A DNA stretch of 64,000 nt from Adineta vaga (GCA_021613535.1 CP075492.1:15314001-15378000); one strand, 5' to 3'. Shown: positions 12,573 to 26,342, counted from the stretch's first letter. Notes: a model not told the origin generated them from the sequence alone. Made by a program: numbers and translations.

Positions 12573-13483
12573 TTGCGAAGAAATATTTTGTTTGAATGAA
12601 GTATAGAAAAGAAAGAACAAACAAATAAATAGGTCACGATTTCGTTACTTATTGCTGACGTCAACGGTATTGCTCTGCGTCAACGGAGAACACACAAAAG
12701 CACATTTTAATGTAAACAGAACGCTATTTTTTTACTTTTCTTTTAATGATTTTGTCGATTTTTTCACGTCATCATCTCACAGAATGAATAGAGACCTTCA
12801 ATCGCAGTGACATACATATTGCTTCTCGACGAAAGAGAAAATGATGGCGGCAGACCTTTACTTTCCTGATTTTCGACGAGATTCTTCATTTGATAAGTTT
12901 TATTATTGAAAACAAGATGAATAAGAATAGTTGTTCAATAGTTATGAAAACAATCAGATAAATATTGTGCAAAAAATAGCATCAATATAGTTTTTGTAAA
13001 TTTTTTCTTTTCAATTACCAAGTCAATTATTAATGATCGATATCGCTAAATTTAAATAAATTTCTCTTCTTCAGATCGTTATTAGATTATTAAGCTTGTC
13101 ATTTCTTTTGCACATTACATATGATTCGTACTAATTCAAATCTACATGTCTCCCAACATCAATCATCGTATTTTCACTCTAATGCAAAATTTCTAAAATA
13201 ACTGAAAAGAAACTGAAATGCTTACATAGGTAGTTCGCATGTCATCATCAGTAGATTAATTGACTTCTTTGTACTAATGAGCAATATTATTCGTATTTCA
13301 GATATTTTTTTAATTTCAAGTGACTTTTTATGCATAAAAATCTAGAAATGTTTTTAATATTATAGTAGAATAATTCGTGTAATCGATATACGAACAAAAT
13401 CATTAGGCTTACCGACCATTTCAATTAGTCACCAATTATGTTCCAATGCATTATGTATGCAAAGTTCGCCAGTCGCTTTTATG

Positions 13484-14072
13484 AGGGGTGGACCATTTCC
13501 CTACGTCAGATAGAAATTGTTCCAGTTTCAAGAGAAATGGTTAAACTCTAAAAAGTCAAGCAGAAATTCTATTAATCCATTTCTTTACTGATAAGGAGAA
13601 ATGAATAAGACTCAGGATGGTATAAGTGAGATTTTCATTAATTCTTAACTACTCTTTATTATGATTTATTGAATTGAAGATTAATGGAACTGTTTGTTTA
13701 TCACACGGTAAAAAGAATTTTGTTCTGTCAAGGATGTGTAGGTTACTGGAGCGTATAGAAAAAAAAACAACGAAAACAATTAGATATACAAATTACGTTA
13801 GCGATTATTTCAAAAGAATATGTAAAAAATTGACGATAACCTGAACGAGCAACTAAAGAATTTTGTAAATTGGATGGTAGTAAAAAATATAAAGCACGTT
13901 AGATATATGTGGAATAGCATGTAATAGCTACTTCATTTATAATAGCTATATTTGTGCCGATGTATATCCTTTCTTTCCATTTCTCCTTGTTAAACACGAT
14001 TTTATGTGGGGTGAAGCATTTCTCCATAAACGGGAACAATATCTCGAACGACTGGATACCTTGTCCACTCCT
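13484..14072. mobile_element. Possible non-autonomous insertion in the second duplicate
   Basis: About 590 bp absent from copy 1. Bounded by AGGGGTGGAC (13484) and GTCCACTCCT (14063-14072), a 9/10 inverted match. Confidence 0.35.
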
Positions 14073-14225
14073 GGAGCAAAAAAATAGTCGACTGACGATG
14101 AAAATTTATTTGAATAGAACAATTCATATATTTTCCTACAACTTTGTAAAAGAATTTTGTTCACAAGCATTTAGGAAGTTGTTATTTGTACAGATGATAA
14201 TTCAGTTGAATATCTAAAATATGTT

Positions 14226-14573
14226 TCATCCAACTGACGGCATTTTTGTTGGTTGTGCTTGAGTATAAGATGGCGACTGATTAGAAGGTACTGCTTGACT
14301 AAAACCTGGTGGTGCATACGGATTTCCACCTTGAGCCATGCCCATTCGATTTAACATTGCTGCCTGAGCTACTTTTTGTCTCTTCACTTGCATTATTATA
14401 CAAACAATCGTTACTACAATTAATATTATGAAGAAAACACCACCACCTACTGCGATACCGATAATCGCTTCCGTCGATAATGAACCAGAACCACTACTTC
14501 CACTGCTATAAGTACGTGCGAAGCATTCCTGAATAGCACCAATCGATAATAATGATAGAAAAAAAGCTTCCAT
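14226..14573 (-). CDS. Small single-pass membrane protein, copy 2 (lacks PPPY)
   Basis: Paralog of 12195-12572 with a net 10-aa in-frame shortening of the tail. Confidence 0.8.
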   Translation of the reverse strand: MEAFFLSLLSIGAIQECFARTYSSGSSGSGSLSTEAIIGIAVGGGVFFIILIVVTIVCIIMQVKRQKVAQAAMLNRMGMAQGGNPYAPPGFSQAVPSNQSPSYTQAQPTKMPSVG

Positions 14574-14910
14574 TTGCGAAGAAATATTTTGTTTGAATGA
14601 AGTTTAGAAAAGAAAAAACAAACAAATAAATAGGTCACAATTTTGTTACTTATTGCTGACGTCAACGAATAATACATCAACTCACTTTTTAATGTATATA
14701 GAGAACACGATTTGTTACTTTTCTCAGAGTGATTTTGTCGACTTTTTTCACGTCGTCATCTCACAGGACGGAAAGACCTTCAATTATAGAATGTTATAGA
14801 TGTCTTTGTTCGATTGAAAAGAAAGTAATGAGTGTCGGAATATGATTGTTTTTAATTTCATTCATACTCACACCTTAAAAATGATCATTCTTGTGATACA
14901 GTCAATTGAA

Positions 14911-16950
14911 CTAAAACAGCTGATATTTTACAAATACAAAGAGAACAAAAAACAAATTAGTCGTATTGCAAGCGATACTCTTCAAATTAACAGCACTTGA
15001 TGAAGGCTTCAATGTTGATGAAAGTGTTGTTTGATTGGTAGTGCTCTTTATATTTGATTGAATCCAATCATAATAAAATGATAATCGTGTATAGATACCA
15101 GGATGATTTACATGAGCACAACCATCACCAAAACTAACAATTCCAACTTGTTCCCAATGATCGTCAAGCCATTGATGTATTGGACCACCACTATCACCTA
15201 ATGAGCATCACTATACAAATTTAGTTCACAAAAACAAAAAACTTCATCAACTGACCTTGACAAGAATCTTTTCCACCACCATCAACCATCGCACAAAACT
15301 GTCGATTAATATCAAAGATTGAATTCACACATCTTCGATCATCATTTGCTATTGTTTTGACACGTACTTGACGTAATTTTGTCGGACGATGATGACCCGA
15401 AGCTAATGTTCCCCATCCAATTACTGTCAAATCGTGTATCGACATTTGGATAATTAGCATTACTGTTTTGTGTTGGTAAACAAGTCAAACCCGCGTAAGT
15501 ATCCACTGAAGTCAAATTAATTAGTGGTGATATTTTTAGTAGAGCAATATCATTGATATATTTAGGTGCAGGTATATAATCTGGATGCGGTATAACTTCA
15601 ATAATAGAAACAATTTGAGGCGAAGGCAATTCTTCATCATGAACACCAATATGTACACTAACATGAATATGTGCGCCCGATTTTGGTAAACAATGAGCAG
15701 CTGTCAATATCCATTCCTCGTTAATGATAGATCCACCACAAGCGTGGCCCATTGGATGGGCTCGAAGTGATACAATCCATGGCCAACTATGTGGTTGAGC
15801 TGTTTCACCACCAACTATACGGCTGTGACTCGTCATGCTACTGTTATCTGAAGAAAATGGTGGTTCATCATGAAAAACAACGGGTACAGATGAACATCCA
15901 CATGAATAACTTGTATTACATTTAATTGTAATGGGAGGTCCTATTGAATAGATATGAATATTCACATAACTAATTTTTCTGATATTTACCAAGTACTTCT
16001 GGTGGGATAGTTATTGGTGATGTTTGTGGTCTGGGTGGTATTGTTGGTACCGAGGCTGGAGTCGATGGTGGATTTTCTAATATACCCCATATCCAATCAG
16101 CAAATGGTGCAACTCGAGTAAATAAACCTGTTGTAGTACATTTATTACGATAACTTGTAATACCAACAAGTTCATACTGTTGACTTTCATTAGAATAAAC
16201 CATCAATGGACCCCCCATATCACCTAAATAAAAATATACTTAATGTGAATCCGAGAGAAAGAAAAGAAACAGATCAATCCATACCTCGACAAGTACCTAG
16301 AACAGCAAAAGTTCAATTAAATTATGATTTAAAGAAAAACAAAGCCGTTTTTTACCAGCTCCACAAAGTTGTGTTGTTGAATTTGTTATACAGTGAACAT
16401 TTTCTTGAACAGTTACCTGTTGTAAGATTGTTGCTGTTGGAGTATGATTTGTACTACCCCAACCAATCGCTATCAAATTCATATTTTCCACTGATGTTAA
16501 ATCGGATAATGATATTGGTGAAACATCTTTCGTATTGAAATCAAATGGTGGATATACTCGAACTAATGCAATATCATTAAGAAGACCATCGAAAGTGTAA
16601 TTCGGATGTCGAATTAAATGTGAAATAGAAGTTGTTTGTACTGATGTTTCATTGTCACTATTAAGTTGATGTAGACCTACTTTAATCGTATAATACTGAG
16701 GAAAATATACAGCATCTTCAAAACAAGTGGCTGAAGATAATAAAAAAATATCAGAAATAATTACACCACCACAATTCCGCATCATCGTATTCAAAAAATT
16801 CAGACTTAAAAAGGCCATCCATGGAAAAGAATGAGGTGTAGCTTCAGTGCCATCAAATATTCTTTCATCAATTTGTTCACATTTATAAATGGGAACAAAT
16901 ATGAAGAGAAGAAATATTGTAAGAAATATAATTGTATCGTTTTTCTTCAT
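14911..16950 (-). CDS. Two-domain trypsin-like serine protease (inactive N-terminal + active C-terminal domain), probable GPI anchor; multi-exon; frameshift ~15430
   Basis: Signal peptide. Domain 1: RIFDG, SSATC, DIAL, GDMGGP. Pro/Thr linker. Domain 2: RIVGG, TAAHC, DIAL, GDSGGP. Ser/Thr stalk and hydrophobic tail [14 protein letters not shown] (stop 14911-14913). Confidence 0.88.
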
Positions 16951-18180
16951 CGATTCGTTTTGTTAAGTAATGAAAGAGAAATTGTAATTTCTTTTTTTCT
17001 TAAATATTGTTATGTCAAAATTTATGATGATAAGAAGTAACAACAACAAAAATACTGAAAGAAATGAGTAAGTAATATGATAAGATGTTATCTTTTCACA
17101 TGTGTTTTCAAAGACAACGCAAAACTGAATTTTCGTTGATTACTCATAGATTATGTGCATTCGAATGATGACAAATCGAAAGTTTCCTTTTTATCATCTT
17201 GAATATATGTCTAGTATTTGAATTTTCAGAAGTTGTACAATAGGTATCAGTGGAAATGAAAATAAGATATATTGACTTAACAATACCCACGTCCACGTCC
17301 ACCCTCGATTAATAGCAAAAGTTAATAAAATATCTTTCTATTGGAGAGTAAGGGTGTATAGGTACTGTGAACGTGAGTAATGTTCTCTTCATGTGTAGTT
17401 GCATTTATATTCTCTCTGAACCATGTTATCAATGTGAGTTATTGATTATTAATTGCAATTTCCTTTACAGTCAAAGATACTAATAGACAAAAATAACTGA
17501 AGACTGATTGATATTGCTTTCCGTTGGACATAAAAGATCGAATTTGGAAATTTGAAACAAAAAGTCCTTGTGTTGTCAATAAAGGTATGAATACATACGC
17601 GAATAAATCAATGGTAAAGAAAAGAGAAACGAAATAAAATAAACTTTGCAAATATTTGTATAAAACTATACAATTAATATTGTTCTATATTCAAAATTTA
17701 TGCTTACAACTGCATTGAGGATTAAAAATGGCCACTTTCTTCTTCAAAGCAGAACAAAATAGCTCGAAATATAAAAGTGTACTTTTCTTTTTTATTCATA
17801 TTCCAAACTCATTCATTCCTAAACGGAGAACAAGTTGGATGTATTTTATTTAGATATTATTGCTTTTGTCTTTCGAAACCAGTGTTCTGTTTTCTTTTTG
17901 ATGAATTACTTATTATTTGATCGAGTCTTGGAAAATTCCGCACTTCCATTAAAGAGGGAATTAACTTATGCTAAAACAGCATCATCGAACTTTCCTTTTT
18001 GTTGATTGAGGATAGAAAAACAAACATTGGGTTTTTTTCAAGTATACACATAACACATGCCAACGTGGTGGTGACAAGAGAACAGAACACGTTGCCGACC
18101 GTATAAAATATGAGCTATTAAAGTAAAAATAATATGCTTATAGATTATATTTCTTAGTGAATTACATACAAATAAACAGC

Positions 18181-21100
18181 ATGTCTCTATTAAGTTTACC
18201 ACCCGAAGTGTTACATCGTATTTTTGATTATTATGATATGAAAACGATTCTTCTATCAATTCGTTGTGTCTGCAGATATCTTCGCGATGCTGCTAATATT
18301 TATGATCGATGGGAATTGAAATATGATCCGTCTTCAACATTGAAATATCATATTTTCCCTCAATTTATTCAACTTAACAATATTGTCTCATTGATCATCG
18401 TCAATAACAAAACGAATAGAGATGATGTACTTTCTTCTTTCACAAAATATTTCAACATTGAACAATTTAATCGACTTCATTTCTTGACGCTTGATGGTGT
18501 CGAGTGTGAAATAGCAGCGAATTTGTTATCAAAAATTTCTTCTGAATCATTGTCTGCGCTTTGGATTCGTTTGAATGACGTAGAAAAATATGGTAATCTT
18601 TTACCAGCTGCTACCCGATTTAATCTTAGAAAACTCGTCTTGAAAAAATCTAATGTAATAATGGCATTCGATATTTCACGACTAATACAATGGCAACTAA
18701 ACCATTTAGAAATAGGTATTTGTACTCCAAGTGAATATCGTATTATAATCCAACAACTTCCTCATTTACAAACATTTGTCATGGAAGATTGCGTTGGAAA
18801 TAACGATATATGTATGATCATAAGTAGATCAGTTGATCAATCTTGTGCTCCAATATTGAAGTCTTTGACTTTTACCGATTGTTCTCTCTGTCTGGAGGAA
18901 CTAGAGCCGATACTTTCATGGACACCAAAACTTACCAATTTGAAGCTCGATTTCAATAGCAACTTGTTTGATTGTGCACTGAATGGCTATTACTTGGAAA
19001 AAATTATCAAAAGCAATTTGCCTTTACTACGTGAATTTACTTTTTTCTTTTCGTATAAATATTTCTCTCAGTCTGACAATCCTTCGAATAGCATTAAATT
19101 GATTATAGAACCGTTTCGAACACCATTCTGGCTCGAAGAAAAATGTTGGTATGTTACTTGTGACCAAGTATTTGAAACTCAAACGATCAGAATCTATACA
19201 ACACCAATAGAAATTAGACATGAATATATACCTTGGTTCAACGAACTAATCATTCCGTATATGTCATTTCATGAAAGGCGACTGTACTGGCGATTTGATC
19301 ACAATAGACGCTTTACGATGATAGATCGATTTATCGGAGATCATACCATGACATTTTCAGAACGTAGAATGAAACATGTGCATAATCCAGTCCGATGTGA
19401 AATATCGTCGACAGACAATATTTGTCGACTTATTCGAACATCATCCGATGAAACAAATGAAGAAACTGACAAAGAAGTATGTAATAGGTCTTCTTAACAT
19501 TACTATTATTTCTGTGCATAGGCATTGACGATACTAGATCTTAGCAAATGTAATATAGATGACAATACAGTACAAAATCTCACCGACGCTTTGGAACAGG
19601 ACAACGTAAGTCTGTCTATTATTCAATTTAGATACCTCTCAAATATCCATCTTTTTTTAAAATACATATAGACGGTTCTTACACTAAATTTGGCGAAGAA
19701 TAAGATTCAAGATATCGGTGCTCAATATCTTGCTAATATGTTAAAACACAATACAGTAATTTCGTCACAAATTTTCTCTTTTATTTCTCTCAGCAATTTG
19801 TTTGTAACTAGACACTCAACGTAATAGATCTTAGTGATAATGAAATCAATGATTTAGGAGTTCAACATCTTGCTGAATGTTTAGAATATAATACTGTAAT
19901 ATGATCATCTACTTTTTATTGCATCAGTATATGTTCTTCATTGTACAGACACTTACGACACTTAATATGAACAATAATTCAAGTCGATCTTGCTTAGCTC
20001 TCGAAGCAATTGTCAAAATTCGCATTGATACAGTAATATATTGATCTTCTCATTATCTATTTCCAAGTTTTATATATAGACACTGACTACACTGGATATT
20101 TCGAACAATCGAATTGGAAATATAGGAGCAGAGATTCTTGCTAACGCTTTACAATTCAACACAGTAACTTTTTTCTCTCTTGCATATTCATATATCTTCT
20201 TTGAACATATAGAAAATTACTGTATTAAATATCTCGAATAATAATATCGACGATACTGGAGTAGAATGTGTAGCAAATCTATTAAAAGACAATAAGGTAT
20301 AGTTTTTCAATGGTTATTTGTTCTTTCTTTTTCTCTTCCATGGGATCATTTCATAAATAGATACTCAATACAATCGATCTAAGCAACAATCGCATCGGCC
20401 ATCAAGGAGCTCAGTATCTTCTTGAAAGTTTAAAATACAATACAGTAAATTGATCTTGTTTTCTTTTGAATTTTTCTCATTTGCTTTACATAGACGTTGC
20501 TGACACTGAAATTAGGTGAAAATGAAACGCCGTATTGTATGATTGTGGAGAAAATTGTAACGATTCGTGGTGGCAGAGTAAGATTTCTATTTTTCTAACG
20601 CTATAATTTCGTTGCTGATTTCTTTTCGCGTGCAGACACTGACTACAGTGAATATTTCTAATCATCGATTAGAAGATAACGATGTACAACTTGTCATAGA
20701 TGCTTTGAGATACAATAAAGTATTTCTATTTTTCATTTATGTTTTGTTCATTTTTCTCTTATATAAACAGGCACTTATTTCGCTGTACATGTCTAAAAAC
20801 CAGATTGGATACCTTGGAGTTCAATATCTCACTGATTTCATACGACAGAGCACGGTAACATTTCATAACTTATCATCTCTTTGTCTAGTCTTTTTTCTTT
20901 GACTCACGTACAGACATTCACCACCTTAGATTTAAGTACCAATAAAATAGAAGACAAAGGAGCTGAAACTCTCGCCGATATTTTACGAAATCAATCGGTA
21001 ATCAATATTTTACTTTTTATTCTTCAAAATATAGATTTCATCTGGAAAAAAAACAGACACTAACAACATTAAACATCTCGAATAATCAAATTAGTGATCA

Positions 21101-22079
21101 TGGAATAAAATATTTAGCGGACGCATTAAAACATAACAAAGTATAGTAATGCTTTTGTCATCAATATATCAATTACATTCCGCTCATCATGTAGACACTT
21201 ACCAAACTGGACCTTAGTAGTAATCGAATCGATGCGTTTGGAGCACAATATCTTACAGAAGCTTTGGAATGTAATCAGACATTAACGAGTTTAAACATGT
21301 CGAACAACTCTATTGGACCAGAAGGTGCACAATTTTTTGGTAATACAATACGAAATACTAAGGTAACTTTCTTGACTTTCATTCTTTCTCTAATTCCATT
21401 CTTTCTACCTATATTCAGACTCTGATAGAACTGAGCTTGTCGAACAATCGAATCGGTGATACTGCCGCACGATATCTGAGTGATGCTTTAAAAGAAAATA
21501 CAGTAATCTTCTATTGGAACATAAATTCGATGTCTTAATTCCTTTTCTATATACATAGACATTAACAATAATTGATCTCAGTAGCAATAAAATTGGACCC
21601 CAAGGTCTACTAGGTCTAGCAGATGCTCTAAAAAATAATACAGTAATCCTTTAACTCTTTTCTCCCGCTTTATACTATATTCAATACATATATGTAGACA
21701 CTTACTTCATTGTATTTCCGAAACAATCTGATGCAACCCAAAGATGCAAAATATCTTGCTGGTACTTTAAAATGTAACAACGTGAGTGTTTTGTTTTTAT
21801 ACATAGTATCGAGTGTATTCAATGCTTCTTTTGTTCTATTATACATAGACACTAACATTCCTAAGCCTTCAAATGAATGAAATTGGTGATGATGGAGCAT
21901 TGCATCTTGCTGGTGCTTTAAAAGATAGCAAGGTAATTATCTTGTTTGCTCTTTATCGATTTGATCTAGAATGATATTTTTGTTAGGTCTTAAAAACGAT
22001 TTGTTTGGGCAGAAATGGTATTTCAACAAAAGTATGGGATGAATTGACATCGATTGATGGAAAAGAAATATTGAATTAG
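18181..22079 (+). CDS. F-box protein with about 19 RI/NLRC3-like 28-aa leucine-rich repeats
   Basis: F-box LLSLPPEVLHRIFDY...IRCVCRYL in a large exon 1 (to 19476). Then a run of 84-nt phase-0 exons, each TLxxLxLxxNxIxxxGxxxLxxxLxxNx, separated by ~45-70 nt introns. Stop 22077-22079. Confidence 0.88.
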
Positions 22080-22203
22080 TTATATTCTCTTCAATAAATA
22101 TTCATGAACCTTTTTTTTGCACACTTATCTCTATTCAGCCTCAGTTCAGAAATATGTTTTTTTAATTATTCTTTTATATTCACGAAAAAAATAAACTTTT
22201 GAA

Positions 22204-22407
22204 TTAATAGTTTGTTAGTGAAATTTTTGAAATCTTGAGAGTGTCTGTCGGTGTCCCATAAAGTGCATTAACATAAGTAAATCGTTGAATAACTGGTCGT
22301 TTACGTCTTTTGTCCCGTCGAATCTTTTCACGTTCTTCATGTACTGGATCAATACCAAAACAATATTTCAATATATCCATTATAATAACGAACATAGCAA
22401 CAACCAT
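22204..22407 (-). pseudogene. Orphan C-terminal fragment (last TM + tail) of a large membrane-protein family
   Basis: VVAMFVIIMDILKYCFGIDP...KRPVIQRFTYVN reads as a real TM plus basic tail but begins abruptly at the hairpin at 22408. Family identity is uncertain. Confidence 0.55.
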
Positions 22408-22482
22408 CTTGGGGTGGGTGTGGCTATGGATATTCTATGTATCTCTCACTCCATACCTTCATCCACAACTTCACATCCTCAT
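22408..22482. repeat. Telomere-like hairpin element
   Basis: CTTGGGGTGGGTGTGG...TCCACAACTTCACATCCTCAT, abutting the truncation point of the 22204-22407 fragment. Confidence 0.55.
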
Positions 22483-22728
22483 CAGCAATTTCAGATTTAG
22501 TATAGAAATTCATAATGACCAGGAGAGTAGTCGGCAACGGTAAATTTTATTTGATTTACGCATTTACATATTAGGTAAAGATGGCGTCGTAGATAAAAGC
22601 TGTTATTATAGGTAATATACTTACCAATAGGAGATATCGTTACGTTAGTCAAATAAAAAGAATTAAATACTTTGTTCACATTCTATAGAAACATATATTG
22701 CTTTTCTCTTCTTGTAGTAAACATAAAA

Positions 22729-24537
22729 ATGACAGCAAAAAGTGTAAATCAACGTGAATGGTACACAGTCGTTTATGGTTCAAACCAATTTACGTTACCT
22801 ACGCGATATCAAGAAGTATCTTTAATTGCAGAAGGACGTAATAGTGTTGTAGTGTAAGTTAACCAATTTATTTTATCTCTATTTTGTGATTCATCAAAGT
22901 GTTTCTATAATTAGCCGTGCTACAGATACAGTATGTTTTATTATAAATATAAAAAAAAGAAAGATATAAGAATATATTTCATTGTAGGAAATAAATAAAT
23001 ATGTAGCAATTAAAAAGATAATTCATCCTTTTCGTATTTTATATGTGGCAAAACAAACTTATAGAAAACTAAAATTACTGATACATCTCAATCGTGATGA
23101 TACACTGGTTTGTACAAATCATTCCTTCATTTTTGACTTCAAATCGTATATATTTTTTTTTATGCAGGTTGTACCATTGTACAATGTATTTACACCTGAA
23201 AGAGAACTTAATGATTTTCAAACATTGTATTTTATAAAAAATTCTTTTTTTCCTTTCTTTATCATGATGATTCAGATATTTGGTATTCAAATATATCGAT
23301 TATGGTCTGGATCAAGTCATCAGATCTAATATGGTGCTCACAGAAGACCATATCAAACATTTTATTTATTTACTTCTTTGTATTTTGAAAGTATTGTTAT
23401 GTTTTCTTCTTGGATAATTCTTAAATTGTTTCTCTCTTTATTTTTGTTTTGATTGTTTAGTTTATTCATTCAGCTGGTATTTTTCATTGCGTAAGTAGAA
23501 GATAGAAATGAAAGATTAGTATTTTTGCTGTTGTATTAAAATAGCGTTTGGCACCAAGGAACTTTAGAGTCAATAAATATGCAGCTATTAGTGTAAATCA
23601 TTGTAAAATGAGATTGATATACCTATTATGTTTCTCTATTTTTACACAGATTTCCGATTTTGGAAACGCCTCGGATCCTTTTGGTAACTCAAATACTTCT
23701 ATTGGCAGATATATCAGTAATACGGTTCTTATTTTATGACTAGATGAGCGTTCTTTCGTTAGTTGGTGGAGGGCACCAGAATCATTATTTGATGGGAATT
23801 TTTGTGACGATAAACTTGATGTGTGGTCGATTGGTTGTATAGTGGCCGAACTCATTCTGCGTAAACCTCTTTTTCGTGGAACCGATATCGTTGATCAGGT
23901 AAACAAAATATTCGAGATTATTGGTACGCCGCACTCGACAATATTGGACCACATTTGTCCCATATGTTTGTATATTCAAAGAAAAAAAGCATATAAAAGA
24001 ATGTTTTCCTGTACTTAAATCTTCATCGTAGACGTAGCTAATTATATTAGAAAATTGCCACTGAAACCAAGAAGAGATTTTAATGAATTGTTCGGATATA
24101 AATATCATTCAGCAGGAAAAATCTCAACGTCTGGCATATCAGCAGAAGGTCAATTTATAGGAACCAATATAACGTTCATGTATTATATTTCATTGTAGGT
24201 ATTGATCTCCTTGATAGTCTGTTGACTTTTGATCGTCGTATACGTCCGACTGCTGAAGAAGCCTTAGGTAAATTATCACTAGAAAAATCATCATTTGTTT
24301 TGTTTTTTTTAGCTCATCCATATTTGAAGGAATTGCACGATCCTACGGATGAACCAACTTCGGAATATATAATTGATGAAGATCAAGATGAAAGTTACAC
24401 TATAGAACAATGGAAATGTACGTTATTCGAATTGTGAATTTCAATATAAACTCGGATGACTTCTTATTTTAGCAATAGTATGGAAAATGGTAGTAGATTT
24501 TGTGCCACCAACATCGATCCATGATGTCGACGAATGA
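22729..24537 (+). CDS. p38-MAPK-like protein, predicted pseudokinase; many exons
   Basis: Spliced translation: LPTRYQEVSLIAEG, VAIKK, AKQTYRKL, FIHSAGIFHC|RLAPRN, ISDFG, WWRAPE, DVWSIGCIVAEL, LTFDRRIRPTAEEAL|AHPYL..HDPTDEP. Includes a 16-nt micro-exon at 22915-22930. Confidence 0.85.
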
Positions 24538-24889
24538 GATGTATCAATCGATAACTTATTTGATAAAAAAAAAACTTCAATTCTCCAAACATATTTTATT
24601 TTAATTAATATAACCTCTACAGTAGTATATGATGATCACTCGCCATCTCTGTGTCTTTAAGAGTTTTGATTCACTCTTTCTTGCAATTTATAATGTTTTT
24701 ATGTATGACGAAAATCATTATTAATGTGATAAAAGGAAGAAAAAGAAACGATGTAAATTGTATAGCGAAATTCCATCGTACTTGTTTCGTTCTCTTATAA
24801 ATACACACGCAGCTTTTTACCTTTTATGAGAAGACATAAAGTTGCACCACTGATAAGAGAATACACGTGTGCTAGAAGAAATAACATCA

Positions 24890-26267
24890 ATGTCGAGAGA
24901 AGTTAATCTATCGTTGCATACAATACCGATCGAATTAGTGTATTATATTTTGGATCATTTGGATGATGTAACTATTTTATTATCCTGTCGAAATGTTTGT
25001 ACAAGGTTGAATGCCATTACGGACACATATCGTCGATATCAGGTTAATGTTTTTTCGTTATATAGAATTCTATATTGAAAAAAATTATCATAGATATTCA
25101 ATACACTTTATCTCGGAGGCGATCAAGTCGGTACACAAAAAGCAAAACATATTTCTGATATTTTACTAGGAAATCAAGTAACATTGCGTTTGTTTTAAAT
25201 TTATTCCTTACTTGTTGTTTTTCATCTAGACAATCACTAAAGTTTATCTGCAAAAATGTCAAATTGATTCACAAGGAGCAGAATTTCTCAGCACTGCTTT
25301 ACGTCACAACAACGTACTATTTCTCTTCTCGTTCGAATACTTACTTCATTGATTTATATACAGACACTCCTTACACTTCAACTTCAATCTAATCAAATTG
25401 GTTCACAAGGAATCAATCATCTTAGCAATGGTTTACTACAAAATAGAGTAATATTTCTTCTCATATTACGAATAGTTCGTTATTTTATATAGACACTCAC
25501 AACTCTCAATCTTGCAAGTAATCAAGTCGATGATGAAGGAGCCCAATATCTAAGCATCGCTCTACTTAAAAACAACGTATAGTGGTATTTTCTAGTTTTA
25601 TATCACTATCCATTTTTTCCACTATAGTCTCTTACTACACTTGATCTTCGATTGAATCAAATAACTTCACAAGGAACACAATATCTCAGCAATAGTCTAG
25701 TGCAAAACAAAGTAGTACATTCTATTTTGTTTACTGTTCAATTATCAACTTATATAGACACTTTTGACACTGCATCTTTCATGGAATAATATTGGTGATC
25801 AAGGTGTGGAATATTTAAGCAATACTCTATTAGATAACAAAGTAAAACTTTAGTTTCTTGCACTTTTCTTCAACATTTTCTATAGACACTGACCACACTC
25901 GGACTGGAAGGTATTCAACTTAGTGATCAAGGTGCTGAACATTTAGCGAATGTTTTACTTCAAAACAAAGTAACTTGTTTAATTACTCTTTACAACTTAT
26001 TCCTTTTTCTCGATATTTTAGACATTGACTTCACTTCGTCTTCGAGAAAATCGAATGAGTGCTCAAGGAGCAGAATATCTATGCAATGCTTTATTAGATT
26101 ATGAAGTAATAGACTACTTGTTTTCTTTTCATTCGACGAATTATGTATTGTTTTCTGTACAGACCCCCATGTCACTTTATCTCAATTTAAATCACATTAA
26201 TGACGATGGGAAACGATATGTCAAAGAAATTTTAAAAATAAAGCCTGGAATAAGAATAATTTTGTAA
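24890..26267 (+). CDS. F-box protein with about 9 one-per-exon LRRs
   Basis: F-box LHTIPIELVYYILDHL...CRNVCTRL. Followed by 84-nt exons such as TLTTLNLASNQVDDEGAQYLSIALLKNN. Confidence 0.88.
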
Positions 26268-26321
26268 TCGATTTGAGAAACAAACGATAATCTTTTGATT
26301 TTGATAAATAAAGAGAATAAA

Positions 26322-26342
26322 TAAGGGTGTGCACATCCCTTA
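26322..26342. repeat. Minimal hairpin of the same family
   Basis: TAAGGGTGTGCACATCCCTTA, a near-perfect palindrome right after AATAAA downstream of the F-box gene. Confidence 0.45.

Larger units (their letters stand above)
11930..14785. repeat. Tandem duplication unit (about 11930-12800 vs 13440-14785)
   Basis: Near-identical 3' flanks (TTTATTTGAATAGAACAATTCATATATTTTCCTACAACTTTG), CDS and upstream sequence. The shared anchor TATGTATGCAAAGTTCG occurs at ~11944 and ~13452. Confidence 0.9.

Noticed and set aside
19500-22000. ~140-bp periodicity resembling a CRISPR array or satellite
   Set aside because: Explained by 84-nt LRR exons plus short introns. Repeats are conserved at protein level and there are no cas genes.
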